Assembly (NCBI GenBank): GCA_965222155.1
Contig: CBDCTH010000012.1
Coordinates: 2,592,001-2,656,000 of the forward strand
Reading direction: 5' to 3'
From: Gammaproteobacteria bacterium
GTDB lineage: Bacteria > Pseudomonadota > Gammaproteobacteria > Eutrophobiales > Eutrophobiaceae
Length of the DNA stretch: 64,000 nt
Part shown: positions 39,131 through 49,652 of the stretch, in pieces
Layout: each line of letters begins with the position of its first letter
Numbering within the stretch: position 1 is the first letter of the stretch
The notes under the pieces: generated by a model
Told to the model about the DNA's origin: nothing
Seen by the model: the letters and a program-made list of their open reading frames with translations, nothing else
Databases searched by the model: none
Program-made: the position numbers and the translations under genes

Positions 39131-41155
39131 ATGACAGTAATAGTTACTAAATTGACCTCCGCCGATCTTGATGCGGTTGATGAACTAATGAAGCGTCATA
39201 GCAGGACGCTAGGCTTTCTGCCCAAAGAAGCCCTTCGTAATTATCTCGAAAAAGAAAATACGATAGGCGCAAAAACTAATGATGGCAAACTGATTGGTTA
39301 TCTTCTCCAAGCGGCTAATCCAAACCACTTCCGTATTACTCAACTTTGCGTGGCGGAAGATTTCAATGGACAAGGTATCGCAAGACGGCTTATTACTGAA
39401 CTAAAAAATTCTGCCACATCACAGAAGGTCATTAAACTTCGTTGTCGTAATGATTTTCCTGCCCACCAAATGTGGCCCAGATTAGGATTCTCTGCTATAG
39501 ATGAACTGCCCAGTCGCTCCAAGGATAAGCTCCCTTTGACACTCTGGTGCCTTACTCTCGCCCCGGATGATCAGCTTGGACTTTTTCAGGTAAAAACATC
39601 AGATGAATCCCTTGACGTGGTTATTGACGCGCAAATATTTTTCGATTTTGATGAAGCAGACAGTGATAAATCAGGACCGTCGAAGGCTCTGCTCTCAGAC
39701 TTTTTGGTAGACGATCTTAGACTCTTAATCACCGATGATCTTTTCAATGAAATTGCTCGGGAGAAAGATACCAGGCAGCGTGAAAAATCCCGAAACAAAG
39801 CACATGAATTTCCGAAAATAGAGTACGACTCTAAATTAGCAGAACATTTTGAAGGGGTTATAAAGACATTTCTTCCAAGCGATAGTCGAAGCCGCCAATC
39901 CGATATAAGACAATTAGCAAAGACCTCTGCTTCCGAAGTGAATATTTTTGTTACCCAAGACCAAATGCTCTTGAAAAACTCAGTGGAAATTGCAGCGCGA
40001 GTATCTGTCCAAGTGGTATCCCCGATAGAGTTGATTATTGGATTACACGAACTTTCCGAAAAACAATCCTATGCGCCAACGCGTATTGCCGGCTTTGATC
40101 TTCACTGGCGGCGATTATCTTCTGAGGAAGTTGCTCGCTTCCCATATAATTCTTTTCTTAGTCAGGGTGAAAGGCAAGGTGTTTTCAGGGAAAGATTGGG
40201 TGCATTACTTGTCCGTCCATATCATAACGAAGCTGAATATCTTCAATCAAAGGATGATACTGCCGCTATCCGGGTTCTCACAAAAGAAACCAATAAGACA
40301 CTCACTATATCTCTGATGAGAGTGGCGAAATTTGTAGATGACCGACCCCTACTTGGACGCTTTGTTATCGCGGACACTATTGCCAAGGCTGTTGAACAAA
40401 ACCTAGACATGGTAAAGATCGATATAACTGACCTAACGCCTGATTTAGAGCCGGATCTTTTGGAGATGGGCTTTATAAAAGGTAACGACAGTTACATGAG
40501 ATTTTGCTTTTCCCGTTGTCTTACTCGCACAGAGGTATTAGCCAAGATTCACGAACTAATACCTGGACTCGTAAACAATTATCAAAATATGTCAGAGCTA
40601 GGGCTTCAAAGATGTTGTTCCCCCCTTAATCTGAAAGATGCCGTTCAAAACTACTTTTTAATTCCGATTCGTCCTGGCTATGCAAAGAGCCTAATTGATA
40701 GACAGCAAGCAGCTATTGATATGTTTGTGCAGAATCCCGGAGTATTACTGCGGTGGGATAACGTATATTACAGGGCAAAAACCCACCATCACATACTCAA
40801 GTCCCCAGGCCGAATTTTATGGTATGAAAGCGGAGATGAGGCTAGACAAATCGTGGCCATATCCTGTCTTGACGTCGTTGAGATAGGCACTGCCAAAGCA
40901 CTTTTCAAGAAATTTAAAAAATTTGGAATCTTAGAGTGGAAAGACATATTTGATATGTGTGATGGGGACCCCTCCAAAGAGATCATGGCGTTGAGATTTT
41001 CGCATACATTCCAATTTAGAAAGCTTGTATCACTGGATGCGTTGCGAAAGGTCTTTGATGAACATGGAGCTAACTTGGTATTGCAATCTCCATCCAAGAT
41101 ACCAACTGAAATTTTTTGTAAACTATTTCAACTGGGATATCCGGACCAATTATGA
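39131..41155 (+). CDS. GNAT acetyltransferase - PIN - degenerate GNAT-like - EVE/PUA-like multidomain protein
   Basis: GNAT motif A QLCVAEDFNGQGIARRL; PIN acidic set VVIDAQ / NEI / SDIRQL / FVTQD; C-terminal LIPIRPGYA..NVYY..PGRILWYES..LQSP. Confidence 0.78.
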   Translation: MTVIVTKLTSADLDAVDELMKRHSRTLGFLPKEALRNYLEKENTIGAKTNDGKLIGYLLQAANPNHFRITQLCVAEDFNGQGIARRLITELKNSATSQKVIKLRCRNDFPAHQMWPRLGFSAIDELPSRSKDKLPLTLWCLTLAPDDQLGLFQVKTSDESLDVVIDAQIFFDFDEADSDKSGPSKALLSDFLVDDLRLLITDDLFNEIAREKDTRQREKSRNKAHEFPKIEYDSKLAEHFEGVIKTFLPSDSRSRQSDIRQLAKTSASEVNIFVTQDQMLLKNSVEIAARVSVQVVSPIELIIGLHELSEKQSYAPTRIAGFDLHWRRLSSEEVARFPYNSFLSQGERQGVFRERLGALLVRPYHNEAEYLQSKDDTAAIRVLTKETNKTLTISLMRVAKFVDDRPLLGRFVIADTIAKAVEQNLDMVKIDITDLTPDLEPDLLEMGFIKGNDSYMRFCFSRCLTRTEVLAKIHELIPGLVNNYQNMSELGLQRCCSPLNLKDAVQNYFLIPIRPGYAKSLIDRQQAAIDMFVQNPGVLLRWDNVYYRAKTHHHILKSPGRILWYESGDEARQIVAISCLDVVEIGTAKALFKKFKKFGILEWKDIFDMCDGDPSKEIMALRFSHTFQFRKLVSLDALRKVFDEHGANLVLQSPSKIPTEIFCKLFQLGYPDQL

Positions 41156-41640
41156 ACGTGACCACTCCGCTGCTTATTTCCTTGAAGCCCCACTATGCTG
41201 ACTTGGTTTTCGAAGGTTTAAAACAGGCAGAGCTACGTCGCCGCATAACACCTTTCATAGAAAATCGCGATGTATATATCTATGTTTCCAGCCCAGTTCA
41301 GCACCTGCGCGGAGGCTTTCGCGTGGGACATGTGTGGAGAGGATCACCGGATGAAATTTGGAACGAGGTATCAGAACTTGCAAGCATCGATAAGCGGGAT
41401 TTTGATGCCTACTACGCAGGAAGAACTATAGCTTATGCTTTGAAAATCACGGATGTTTGGGAGTACGTGTACCCTATCGACCTGACCACTTTGAGAAAAC
41501 GCTTTCCTCGTTTTGTAGTCCCACAATCCTGGCGTTATGTGAGGCCTGAAGAACATCGGTCTTTTCGCAGGATGAAACGTAAAAATGATGAAATTCAGCC
41601 TGCTTTGGTTTTGAAAACCACCTCACGTTCAAAAGTGTGA
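41152..41640 (+). CDS. ASCH-domain protein
   Basis: LLISLKPHYADLVFEGLKQAELRR (GxKxxExR), YIYVSSP, PQSWRY; ATGA overlap with the upstream gene. Confidence 0.88.
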   Translation: MNVTTPLLISLKPHYADLVFEGLKQAELRRRITPFIENRDVYIYVSSPVQHLRGGFRVGHVWRGSPDEIWNEVSELASIDKRDFDAYYAGRTIAYALKITDVWEYVYPIDLTTLRKRFPRFVVPQSWRYVRPEEHRSFRRMKRKNDEIQPALVLKTTSRSKV

Positions 41641-41659
41641 CTGAACAATTATTATAAGG

Positions 41660-44600
41660 ATGCAACCAACTCAATATATCAAACTCGAGCAGCGTCTCAT
41701 CCTGCTTGCCTGGCTGAATGACCTGTTCGGTTATAAAAACAACCAGGAGATTCTGCAGGATATCAGGGAATCAGATGAAGGTTTTGACGCTGAAGGTCGA
41801 ACTCATATCTACCGCCGACTGATGTCTAGGGGCGGGAGAGTTCGTATCCCGCGAGATGACCTGGAGCGTTACGACCACAACCTGCGCGTCCACCTGCGAG
41901 CTATCAGCACACGACGACCGGGGCTTAAACTCAAATACTTTCAATACCTCGCCGCACTTTATACTGAGATTTTCCTGGATGGCTATTTCAGTAACCGGGC
42001 GAACATGCTCCTATTGTTAAATGATTTCCTGGTTCGTTATAACGCCAGCGCAGGCGTACTTTCAGAGGAAAAATTTGTCGAAACCGACCTGAAAAAACTG
42101 GCCTTCTGGATGGCAACGGGCAGCGGTAAGACCTTGATCATGCATCTGAACTATCATCAGTTCCTGCACTACAACTACGCAGCACTGGATAACATCCTGT
42201 TGATCACCCCAAATGAAGGACTAAGCGAACAACACCTCATTGAGATGGAGTTGTCGGGTATTCCGGTGAGACGCTTTGACCTGAATGAGAGTGGCCTGCT
42301 GATGACCAAGAAGGATACAGTCCGGGTCCTTGAAATTACCAAGCTGGTCCAGGAGAAACGCGGTGGCGGAGAACGCGTGCCCGTGGAAGCGTTTACGGGT
42401 AACAACCTGATATTTGTGGACGAGGGGCATAAAGGTTCCGGCGGAGAAGCGTGGCTTAAGTTGCGCAATGCCTTGGGTGAGACAGGGTTTACCTTTGAAT
42501 ACAGCGCCACTTTCGGCCAGGCTTTGACGGCAACGCGTAACGACCCACTGACGAAGGAATACGGCAAGGCTATTGTCTTCGACTATTCCTATCGTTATTT
42601 CTACGGTGATGGCTACGGCAAGGACTTTCGCATCCTTAACCTGGTAGAAGAAACCTCTGAGGAGACAACAAATATTCTGCTCCTAGGTAACCTGTTGTCA
42701 TTTTATCAGCAAAAAAGCCTGTTTACGGAGCGAAAGCAAGACTTGCGGCCCTATAACCTGGAGAAACCGCTATGGGTGTTTGTGGGCAGCACGGTAAACG
42801 CGGTTTATACCAAGGACAAACAGACACGCAGTGATGTTCTAACGACAGCCAGATTTTTACATCATGTATTAAAGAATAAAATCTGGACGGTTCAGGCCAT
42901 CAACAAACTATTAAATGGAAACAGCGGCCTGGTGACGCCCGATGGGGAAGATGTATTCAAGGACAAATTCGGCTACTTGAAGAGCAGTGGTATGAATTCC
43001 GCGCAGATCTACGCTGATATCCTCGCCAAAGTGTTTCATGCGCCTGCTGGCGGTGGACTTCACCTATGCAGTATCCGCAAGAGTAAGGGAGAAATAGGAT
43101 TGAAGGCGGGGAATGCCGAGGTGTACTTCGGATTGATCTATATCGGAGACGTCGCTAAATTCAAAAAACTGGTAGAACAGGATGATGCCGGCATAATACT
43201 TGAAGAAGACGCAGTGGCTGATTCTCTGTTCGGTGGCATCGGCGCGCCAGAGACGAGTATTGACATTCTGATCGGCGCAAAAAAATTCATGGAAGGCTGG
43301 AATTCCTGGAGAGTATCCAACATGGGGCTGTTGAATATCGGCCAAAGGGAAGGTTCCGAGATCATTCAATTGTTTGGGCGCGGTGTAAGACTTCAAGGCC
43401 GGGGATACAGTCTTAAGCGTAGCGCTGCACTGGACGGTGAACATCCCACATATCTGGATTTGCTGGAAACGCTGAACATCTTCGCAGTTCGCGCCAATTA
43501 TATGGCGCAGTTTCGTACTTACCTGGAGCGGGAAGGCGTTGATACCGGTGGACATAAGGAATTACATCTAGCTATTCGCGCTGATGAGCGCTTCCTTGGT
43601 AGTGGGTTGGTCGTTCCGCGTACCCCGGAGGGTCAAAGTTTCTTTGAGCAGGAGAATGTCTTTCTCAATAAGGATGAAGCCGCAAAGGTCTCCCTGGACC
43701 TTTCAACGAAAGTCCGCGTCATGGAAAGCGTGCAGGACGGTGTGAGAGAAGCCGAATTTCAGGCCGGACAGCACCGACCCATACCGGATGAAAGCCTCGA
43801 TCTCGTAGACTGGCACAAGGTATACCTGGAACTAATGGAATATAAGGAAAATAAGGGTTGGATTAATTTTGCCCTGACACCGGCAGCGGCCAGAGAAATA
43901 ATGGAGACGAAAGAACCCGTCAGACTATACAGCCTGATAGCCGACGACTCGGTTATCAAACCAAATTCTTATGCCGCCGTTACCCGCCTGCACGAGGTGG
44001 TGGTTTCAATCCTGAGAAAATATATGGACAAGTTTTACCGCGTGCAGCGAGAACGCTGGGAGTCAGAGAATATGCGCTACGAAAAACTCGGGATGGAGGA
44101 CGCAAATTTTCAGGACTATACGTTGCGGATAGCCAGTGATGAGAACGAACTGATAAAAGCCATTGAAGACTTGCTGCGAGAGGGCGAGCGTATCTATAGA
44201 GAAGAAACCAGTGAGTTACCGAATGTTTACTTCGATCGGCACCTCTATCAGCCACTGCTAATTGAGAGGGGAGGAAAGGTAAAGAGCACACCGCCGGGAT
44301 TGAATATAAACGAACAACGATTCGTCAAGGATTTGCGCGATTATTGTCTATTGCATAAAGACAATTTTTTAACTGACAAGGAAATTTACCTCCTGCGCAA
44401 CTTGAGCCGGGGCAAGGGGATAGGCTTTTTTGAGACTTCGGGCTTTTACCCTGATTTTATCCTGTGGATCAAAGACGCCCAAGGCCAGCGCATCGTGTTC
44501 ATTGAACCTCACGGCATGTTAAATGCACGTTCATACGAGTATGACGACAAGGCGCAGTTACACGAACGCCTGCCGGAATTTGCCAAAAAAATAGGCAAGC

Positions 44601-44791
44601 GAAGTGGATATCAGGATGTAAAATTGGACTCGTTCATTGTCTCAAGTACACCCTACCAGGCATTATGGGACAGGTACGGTGATGCTTCCTGGGGCCTGGA
44701 GCGGTTTGCTCAAGCCCATATTTTCTTCCCGGAACAGGGAGAGAATTACGATTACATCGCAGCCATTATGCAATCAGGAAAAGCAAACTAG
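41660..44791 (+). CDS. res: Type III-like restriction subunit Res (SF2 helicase + PD-(D/E)xK-type nuclease)
   Basis: MATGSGKT, VDEGH, YSATF, QLFGRGVRL, FYPDFILW..FIEPHG. Confidence 0.9.
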   Translation: MQPTQYIKLEQRLILLAWLNDLFGYKNNQEILQDIRESDEGFDAEGRTHIYRRLMSRGGRVRIPRDDLERYDHNLRVHLRAISTRRPGLKLKYFQYLAALYTEIFLDGYFSNRANMLLLLNDFLVRYNASAGVLSEEKFVETDLKKLAFWMATGSGKTLIMHLNYHQFLHYNYAALDNILLITPNEGLSEQHLIEMELSGIPVRRFDLNESGLLMTKKDTVRVLEITKLVQEKRGGGERVPVEAFTGNNLIFVDEGHKGSGGEAWLKLRNALGETGFTFEYSATFGQALTATRNDPLTKEYGKAIVFDYSYRYFYGDGYGKDFRILNLVEETSEETTNILLLGNLLSFYQQKSLFTERKQDLRPYNLEKPLWVFVGSTVNAVYTKDKQTRSDVLTTARFLHHVLKNKIWTVQAINKLLNGNSGLVTPDGEDVFKDKFGYLKSSGMNSAQIYADILAKVFHAPAGGGLHLCSIRKSKGEIGLKAGNAEVYFGLIYIGDVAKFKKLVEQDDAGIILEEDAVADSLFGGIGAPETSIDILIGAKKFMEGWNSWRVSNMGLLNIGQREGSEIIQLFGRGVRLQGRGYSLKRSAALDGEHPTYLDLLETLNIFAVRANYMAQFRTYLEREGVDTGGHKELHLAIRADERFLGSGLVVPRTPEGQSFFEQENVFLNKDEAAKVSLDLSTKVRVMESVQDGVREAEFQAGQHRPIPDESLDLVDWHKVYLELMEYKENKGWINFALTPAAAREIMETKEPVRLYSLIADDSVIKPNSYAAVTRLHEVVVSILRKYMDKFYRVQRERWESENMRYEKLGMEDANFQDYTLRIASDENELIKAIEDLLREGERIYREETSELPNVYFDRHLYQPLLIERGGKVKSTPPGLNINEQRFVKDLRDYCLLHKDNFLTDKEIYLLRNLSRGKGIGFFETSGFYPDFILWIKDAQGQRIVFIEPHGMLNARSYEYDDKAQLHERLPEFAKKIGKRSGYQDVKLDSFIVSSTPYQALWDRYGDASWGLERFAQAHIFFPEQGENYDYIAAIMQSGKAN

Positions 44792-44795
44792 CCGT

Positions 44796-45731
44796 TTATT
44801 TGGAAGCATAGAGATACAGCATTTCCAGTGCCAGGCTGGCGCCGGCGAGTGAGGTGATCTCCCCCACGTCATAATCCGGGGCAACCTCGACCAGGTCCAT
44901 GCCGACCAGGTTGATGCCGGCGAGGCCGCGCAGGATCTGCTGGGCCTGGTGCGTGGACAGGCCGCCGATAACCGGTGTGCCTGTACCCGGGGCATAGCTG
45001 GGGTCCAGACAGTCTATATCGAAGGTGAGGTAACAGGCGTCATCACCGACGACCCGCCTTATCTCATCCACCACGGCGTCACAGCCGTGTTCATGCACCC
45101 ACGGCGCTTTCAACTGGTTGAATCCCCACGAATCCTTGTTGAAGGTACGCAATCCTACCTGTATGGACCGCGCGGGATCGATCACCCCCTGTTTTGCGGC
45201 ATGATAAAACATGGTGCCGTGATCAACCCGGTCTTCCTCATCCTCCCAGGTATCCGAATGGGCGTCGAAATGGATTAAAGACAGCGGTCCGTATTTTTCT
45301 GCATGGGCCTGGAGAATGGGGTAAGTAATAAAATGATCGCCTCCCAGTGACAACAATCCGACGTCCTGGGAGATGATTTCGGTCGTATGCTCCCTGATAT
45401 CCGACGGGATGGTCTCCGGGAAACCGAAGTCGAATTCGCAATCGCCGTAATCGATCACCGCCAGTCTATCGAAGGCATCGAAACCCCAGTCATCCAGCCT
45501 GGCCCAGCTCAATTGGCTGGAAGCCTGGCGTATGGCGCGCGGGCCAAACCTTGCGCCGGGCCGGTTTGACGTGGCCGTATCCAGCGGTATCCCTGTGACT
45601 GCCACGTCGACACCCTCAAGGTTCCGGGTGTATTTGCGCCGCATGAAGCTGAGGACGCCGCTATAGGTCGGCTCGGCCCGGGTGCCGCGCAGGTCATCCC
45701 GGTGGATTGCCTGGTCGATGTTAACCCGCAT
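44796..45731 (-). CDS. speB: Agmatinase
   Basis: GGDHF, HFDAHSDT, TFDIDCLDP..APGTGTP. Confidence 0.92.
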   Translation of the reverse strand: MRVNIDQAIHRDDLRGTRAEPTYSGVLSFMRRKYTRNLEGVDVAVTGIPLDTATSNRPGARFGPRAIRQASSQLSWARLDDWGFDAFDRLAVIDYGDCEFDFGFPETIPSDIREHTTEIISQDVGLLSLGGDHFITYPILQAHAEKYGPLSLIHFDAHSDTWEDEEDRVDHGTMFYHAAKQGVIDPARSIQVGLRTFNKDSWGFNQLKAPWVHEHGCDAVVDEIRRVVGDDACYLTFDIDCLDPSYAPGTGTPVIGGLSTHQAQQILRGLAGINLVGMDLVEVAPDYDVGEITSLAGASLALEMLYLYASK

Positions 45732-45790
45732 ATACGGTCTGCCCCTTATTTACCCGTTTTAGTGACGACGGGTACATACTTCCTACTTTA

Positions 45791-46180
45791 TCAACACGAA
45801 TCAATTATCAGGTCCGCATGCCGTGCCAGCACGTCGAAATCAATGCCGTTATGAAGGATGGGCACGTCGGCGCGAAGGGCGATGGAACTAATAAGACAAT
45901 CGATCAGCTTGCGAACGGTCTCTCCCTCTCGGCGACAGAGCCGATAAAGCGTAGCCGCATCGTCGTAGTCCGCCGGCTGTGTAGGAATCACGGTAGCCCG
46001 CGCCAGCAACCGGCGAAGGTTGTGCAGGTGTCGTTCGTCGCGCGCGCCAGCAAGCACCTCCATCCGAACCGCATCGCAGGTCGCAATCTCGCCTTCAAGC
46101 AGGACCTCGACGCGATTACAGGTTGCAGACCCGGTGTCCCGAAGAAACTCAACCCACGCGGACGTATCGACCAGAATCAC
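45791..46180 (-). CDS. vapC: VapC PIN toxin
   Basis: [24 protein letters not shown]. Confidence 0.9.
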   Translation of the reverse strand: MILVDTSAWVEFLRDTGSATCNRVEVLLEGEIATCDAVRMEVLAGARDERHLHNLRRLLARATVIPTQPADYDDAATLYRLCRREGETVRKLIDCLISSIALRADVPILHNGIDFDVLARHADLIIDSC

Positions 46181-46380
46181 ATCAGACGACTGGACCGCAA
46201 CTCGTCAAGGTTGCCCTCCCAACCCGACCCGCGAAGCCGCCGCGCTTCATTGACATCAAGAGGCTCCGCCGCAAGGGTTCGCAGCGCGAAGTTGACCGCC
46301 TCGCGCTTCGTCGTCAGACGGTAACGACGCATGACTTCCGCGCATGCCGTATCGTCGATATCCACATTGGTGCGTGACAT
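46177..46380 (-). CDS. vapB: VapB antitoxin (true start ATG 46380, [10 protein letters not shown])
   Basis: RTNVDIDD...[11 protein letters not shown]...[10 protein letters not shown]; overlaps the vapC start. Confidence 0.85.
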   Translation of the reverse strand: MSRTNVDIDDTACAEVMRRYRLTTKREAVNFALRTLAAEPLDVNEARRLRGSGWEGNLDELRSSRLM

Positions 46381-46714
46381 ACACACAGCATACACCACGA
46401 TCGGATAGTAGTCAAAAAAATTTGAATATTTGCTGTGTAACTCATTAGGGAGATAGGCGATGCCAGCGCGCAGAACCCCCACCCCGTCCGAAAGAGGGCG
46501 GGTTGACCATGATAACACGGTGTTGTGGCGAAACTCCCTGTGCCATGATAGCTGCCCCGCGATTATGGCTTCATGTCGGATCAGGTTTGCGCCACGGCAC
46601 CTGTGATAGCAGCATATTGCCACAGCTCTGCGTGTGAACCAACCAACGCCGGCATTTCTGCCCGCAGTTACATACCGGCGGGGTGTGCAATGCACTGATC
46701 ATGAACGTTTGGGG

Positions 46715-47365
46715 TCAGTATAAAAACTCGGTAAGTTTTTCCACTGAACAATGCCGGCAATAGCTGTCATTAGCACACTGTTCCTTGGCGTGCCTGACGA
46801 TCAATGCATGATACTCATTATACAGTGTATGGTCAGCAGACAGACAGGACTCGAATAGTTGTCGTAGGACCTCATAATCTTCGTTACCCTGAATCAGGCT
46901 CAGTTTCTTTAACAGGCGGCGGGTGTAGTTATCTATGACAAACACCGGGTGCCCAAAGGCATAGAGCAAAATATCATCAGCGGTTTCAGGGCCGATACCG
47001 TTGATTGACAGTAATGCCCGCCTGAGCTTGTCTGTGTTCCATTGTGCTACTGCGTTCAGTCCGCCCTGCAACTGCAACCAACCGCACAGGTTTTTTAACC
47101 TTTGTGCCTTCACGTTGAAGAAACCGGAAGATTTGATCAACCCGGCCAATTCATCGCGAGGCAGTGCGACAATATGATCCAACTCAAGCTGATCGGCATT
47201 TTGCAACCTGGTTATTGCCTTTTCAACGTTCTTCCAACTGGTGTTCTGGGTCAGCACGGCACCGACGATCACTTCGAAGGATGATTTTGCCGGCCACCAA
47301 TGCTGTGGACCATAGGCGTCCAACAGCCGATCGTACAGCGCCGACAATTTATCGCAGTTACCCAT
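46715..47365 (-). CDS. Endonuclease III-related HhH-GPD protein
   Basis: GPQHWWP, GAVLTQNTSW, GIGPETADDILLY, EYHALIV. Confidence 0.88.
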   Translation of the reverse strand: MGNCDKLSALYDRLLDAYGPQHWWPAKSSFEVIVGAVLTQNTSWKNVEKAITRLQNADQLELDHIVALPRDELAGLIKSSGFFNVKAQRLKNLCGWLQLQGGLNAVAQWNTDKLRRALLSINGIGPETADDILLYAFGHPVFVIDNYTRRLLKKLSLIQGNEDYEVLRQLFESCLSADHTLYNEYHALIVRHAKEQCANDSYCRHCSVEKLTEFLY

Positions 47366-47516
47366 AATGTTATATTTTTGCTGTCATAATGGTTCCGGGA
47401 CCAGTATACAGTCATTCCTGACAAGGAATGTCTATTCACTGGATTTCCATCCTTTGGTTCGTTGACGGCACATCCATGTGCCACTACTCTGCTTGCGCTG
47501 GAATGGCGAGGTTGCA

Positions 47517-48395
47517 ATGAATAATAAAGACGACATCTATATCGGGCGCTTTGCCCCTACTCCCAGCGGACCCCTGCACTTCGGGTCCATCGTTGCGGCG
47601 CTGGCAAGCTATCTTGATGCCAGGCATAACGCCGGCAAGTGGTTGTTGAGGATTGAGGACATTGATGCGCCGCGGGTAAGAATCGGAGCAGACCGGCAGA
47701 TCATCGATACTCTGGAGATCCTCGGTCTGGAATGGGACGGCGCAATCGTTTACCAGAGTGAGCGCCTGGAACGATATGAACAGGCCTTGGCGCTGCTGGC
47801 CGATAGTGACCTGTTGTACCGCTGCTATTGCCCCAGGAAGATCACCAAGGGAAAACCTTATCCGGGCACGTGCAGGGTGCGCACAAGTCAGGATCAAAAG
47901 CCCCATTCCCTGCGAGTGAAAACGCCGGATAGATCAATTACCTATGATGACGCAATTCAAGGTCGCCTGGCAGGACGGTTGAAAGAACTGACCGGAGATT
48001 TCATACTGCGCCGTTCGGACGGGTTGATTGCCTATAACCTGGCAGTGATCATTGACGACGCCGGCCAGGATATTACCCGCGTAGTGCGCGGCGCCGATCT
48101 GGTCGATACCACTTTCAACCAGATCTACTTGCAATCCACCCTCAACCTCCCTACGCCGAGCTATGCTCATCACCCACTTGTGGTTGATGGCACGAGGAAG
48201 AAAATCAGCAAACAGGATAGCGCGACGGATGTACTGACGGGAGTCTCTCCGGAGGCGGTTCTGCTGCGTGCGTTACGCTTCCTGGGCCAAGCGCCCGACC
48301 CAAAACTGGCCCATGCCAACAAGCGGGAAATCCTGGCCTGGGCAGTCACCTACTGGAAAATCGACATGGTTTCCAGCCGGTCGCCTACGGGCTAA
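47517..48395 (+). CDS. gluQ: Glutamyl-Q tRNA(Asp) synthetase GluQRS
   Basis: GRFAPTPSGPLHFGS, LRIEDID, VVRGADL, KISKQ; lacks the anticodon domain. Confidence 0.92.
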   Translation: MNNKDDIYIGRFAPTPSGPLHFGSIVAALASYLDARHNAGKWLLRIEDIDAPRVRIGADRQIIDTLEILGLEWDGAIVYQSERLERYEQALALLADSDLLYRCYCPRKITKGKPYPGTCRVRTSQDQKPHSLRVKTPDRSITYDDAIQGRLAGRLKELTGDFILRRSDGLIAYNLAVIIDDAGQDITRVVRGADLVDTTFNQIYLQSTLNLPTPSYAHHPLVVDGTRKKISKQDSATDVLTGVSPEAVLLRALRFLGQAPDPKLAHANKREILAWAVTYWKIDMVSSRSPTG

Positions 48396-49632
48396 GCGCG
48401 CCTATTGGTATAACTGCAATGCCATCCTCCCGCCGGTATCCATAGCCGGAACTTACAATCACACCCAGGATTCCCGGGTTACCGCATTTGCCCAGGTTGA
48501 GGCGATCGCGAAACTTGAGCAGAGCGGCGGCGGCTTCGTCTACCTGACTAACCCCTAGTTTGACCTCGAATGCACACCAGTCTCCGTTCCTGCGTTGTAC
48601 GATTGCGTCAACTTCAAGACCGGTGTTGTCGCGGTAATGATAGACATCGGCGTCGGCAACGCGCCCATAAATGTTGAGTTCCCTGAAGACCAGGGATTTA
48701 AACAACAGACCCAGCAGGTTCAGGTCCTGTAGCAGGCGCTCCGGATTTGCCCGAAGCGCGGCAACGGCCAGGGACGGGTCCACGAAATGTCGTTTCACTG
48801 ATGTGCGCTGGAAGGCCTTTGAGCGCAAGTGAGTCGGCCATGCCGGTTGTTCCTCGCAAATCATGAGTCGGACCAGAGCCGACAGGTAGTCTCGAACGGT
48901 GTCATTGTTGAGTGGCCCATCCGCGCCGCCCGCGTCGACGGCTATCGTTCGGGCGCTGACCTCTGTGGCTGTATTACGCGCCAATGAGCGAATAACCCTG
49001 GTCACCTTATCCGGATCTCGCCGGACTCCATCCAACCGCCTGATATCAAGTCGTTGTATTTCCTCCAGGTAGTCCCGTTGCGCCCTCAGACTCGCGTTAA
49101 GTTGCAGGTTCAGGCTGCCCGGCCAACCGCCCCGGCACAACTGCTCGGTAATGTCACCCAGTTTATGTCCGGGATCTCCGCTGCCGGAAAAGTGTCCGTC
49201 AAACAAATCACGAAGGGATACTTCGGCGGAGGAAAAACCGGTTTCCACCAAGCTCATGGTGCGTAATCGGAGGCGGGAAATCCTGCCCGCACCAGTATGA
49301 CGGGTAATGTCATCGGTAGGTACGGCTGAGCCGGTAAGTATGAATTGTCCGGTTCCCTGACGTTGATCGGCCATCCGCCGAACATGATTCCAAATTACAG
49401 GTTCGACCTGCCATTCATCAATCAGCCTGGGTGTTTCCCCGGTAAGTACCAGCGTGGGGTCCACCGCTATGGCGCGACGTGCATTCTCATCAACGTCCAG
49501 CAGGACTTCACTTTTCGCGACTTGTCTTGCCATAGCCGTCTTGCCGCAGGCTTTGGGACCCTCAATTACAACAACGCCGGCAGAACCTAACCGGTCGGCG
49601 AGTTCTTTATCTGCTATTCTGGGGCGGTACAC
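48385..49632 (-). CDS. AAA_14 ATPase + DUF4143 protein
   Basis: GPKACGKT, IDEWQ, LTGSA, HFVDPS, EVDA..FEVK. Confidence 0.9.
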   Translation of the reverse strand: MYRPRIADKELADRLGSAGVVVIEGPKACGKTAMARQVAKSEVLLDVDENARRAIAVDPTLVLTGETPRLIDEWQVEPVIWNHVRRMADQRQGTGQFILTGSAVPTDDITRHTGAGRISRLRLRTMSLVETGFSSAEVSLRDLFDGHFSGSGDPGHKLGDITEQLCRGGWPGSLNLQLNASLRAQRDYLEEIQRLDIRRLDGVRRDPDKVTRVIRSLARNTATEVSARTIAVDAGGADGPLNNDTVRDYLSALVRLMICEEQPAWPTHLRSKAFQRTSVKRHFVDPSLAVAALRANPERLLQDLNLLGLLFKSLVFRELNIYGRVADADVYHYRDNTGLEVDAIVQRRNGDWCAFEVKLGVSQVDEAAAALLKFRDRLNLGKCGNPGILGVIVSSGYGYRREDGIAVIPIGALSP

Positions 49633-49652
49633 GTTGTTTCACCTGACAGGTA

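Noticed and set aside
46381-46695. N-terminal extension making VapB 172 aa
   Set aside because: Family similarity starts at [10 protein letters not shown] (46380); the extension looks non-coding
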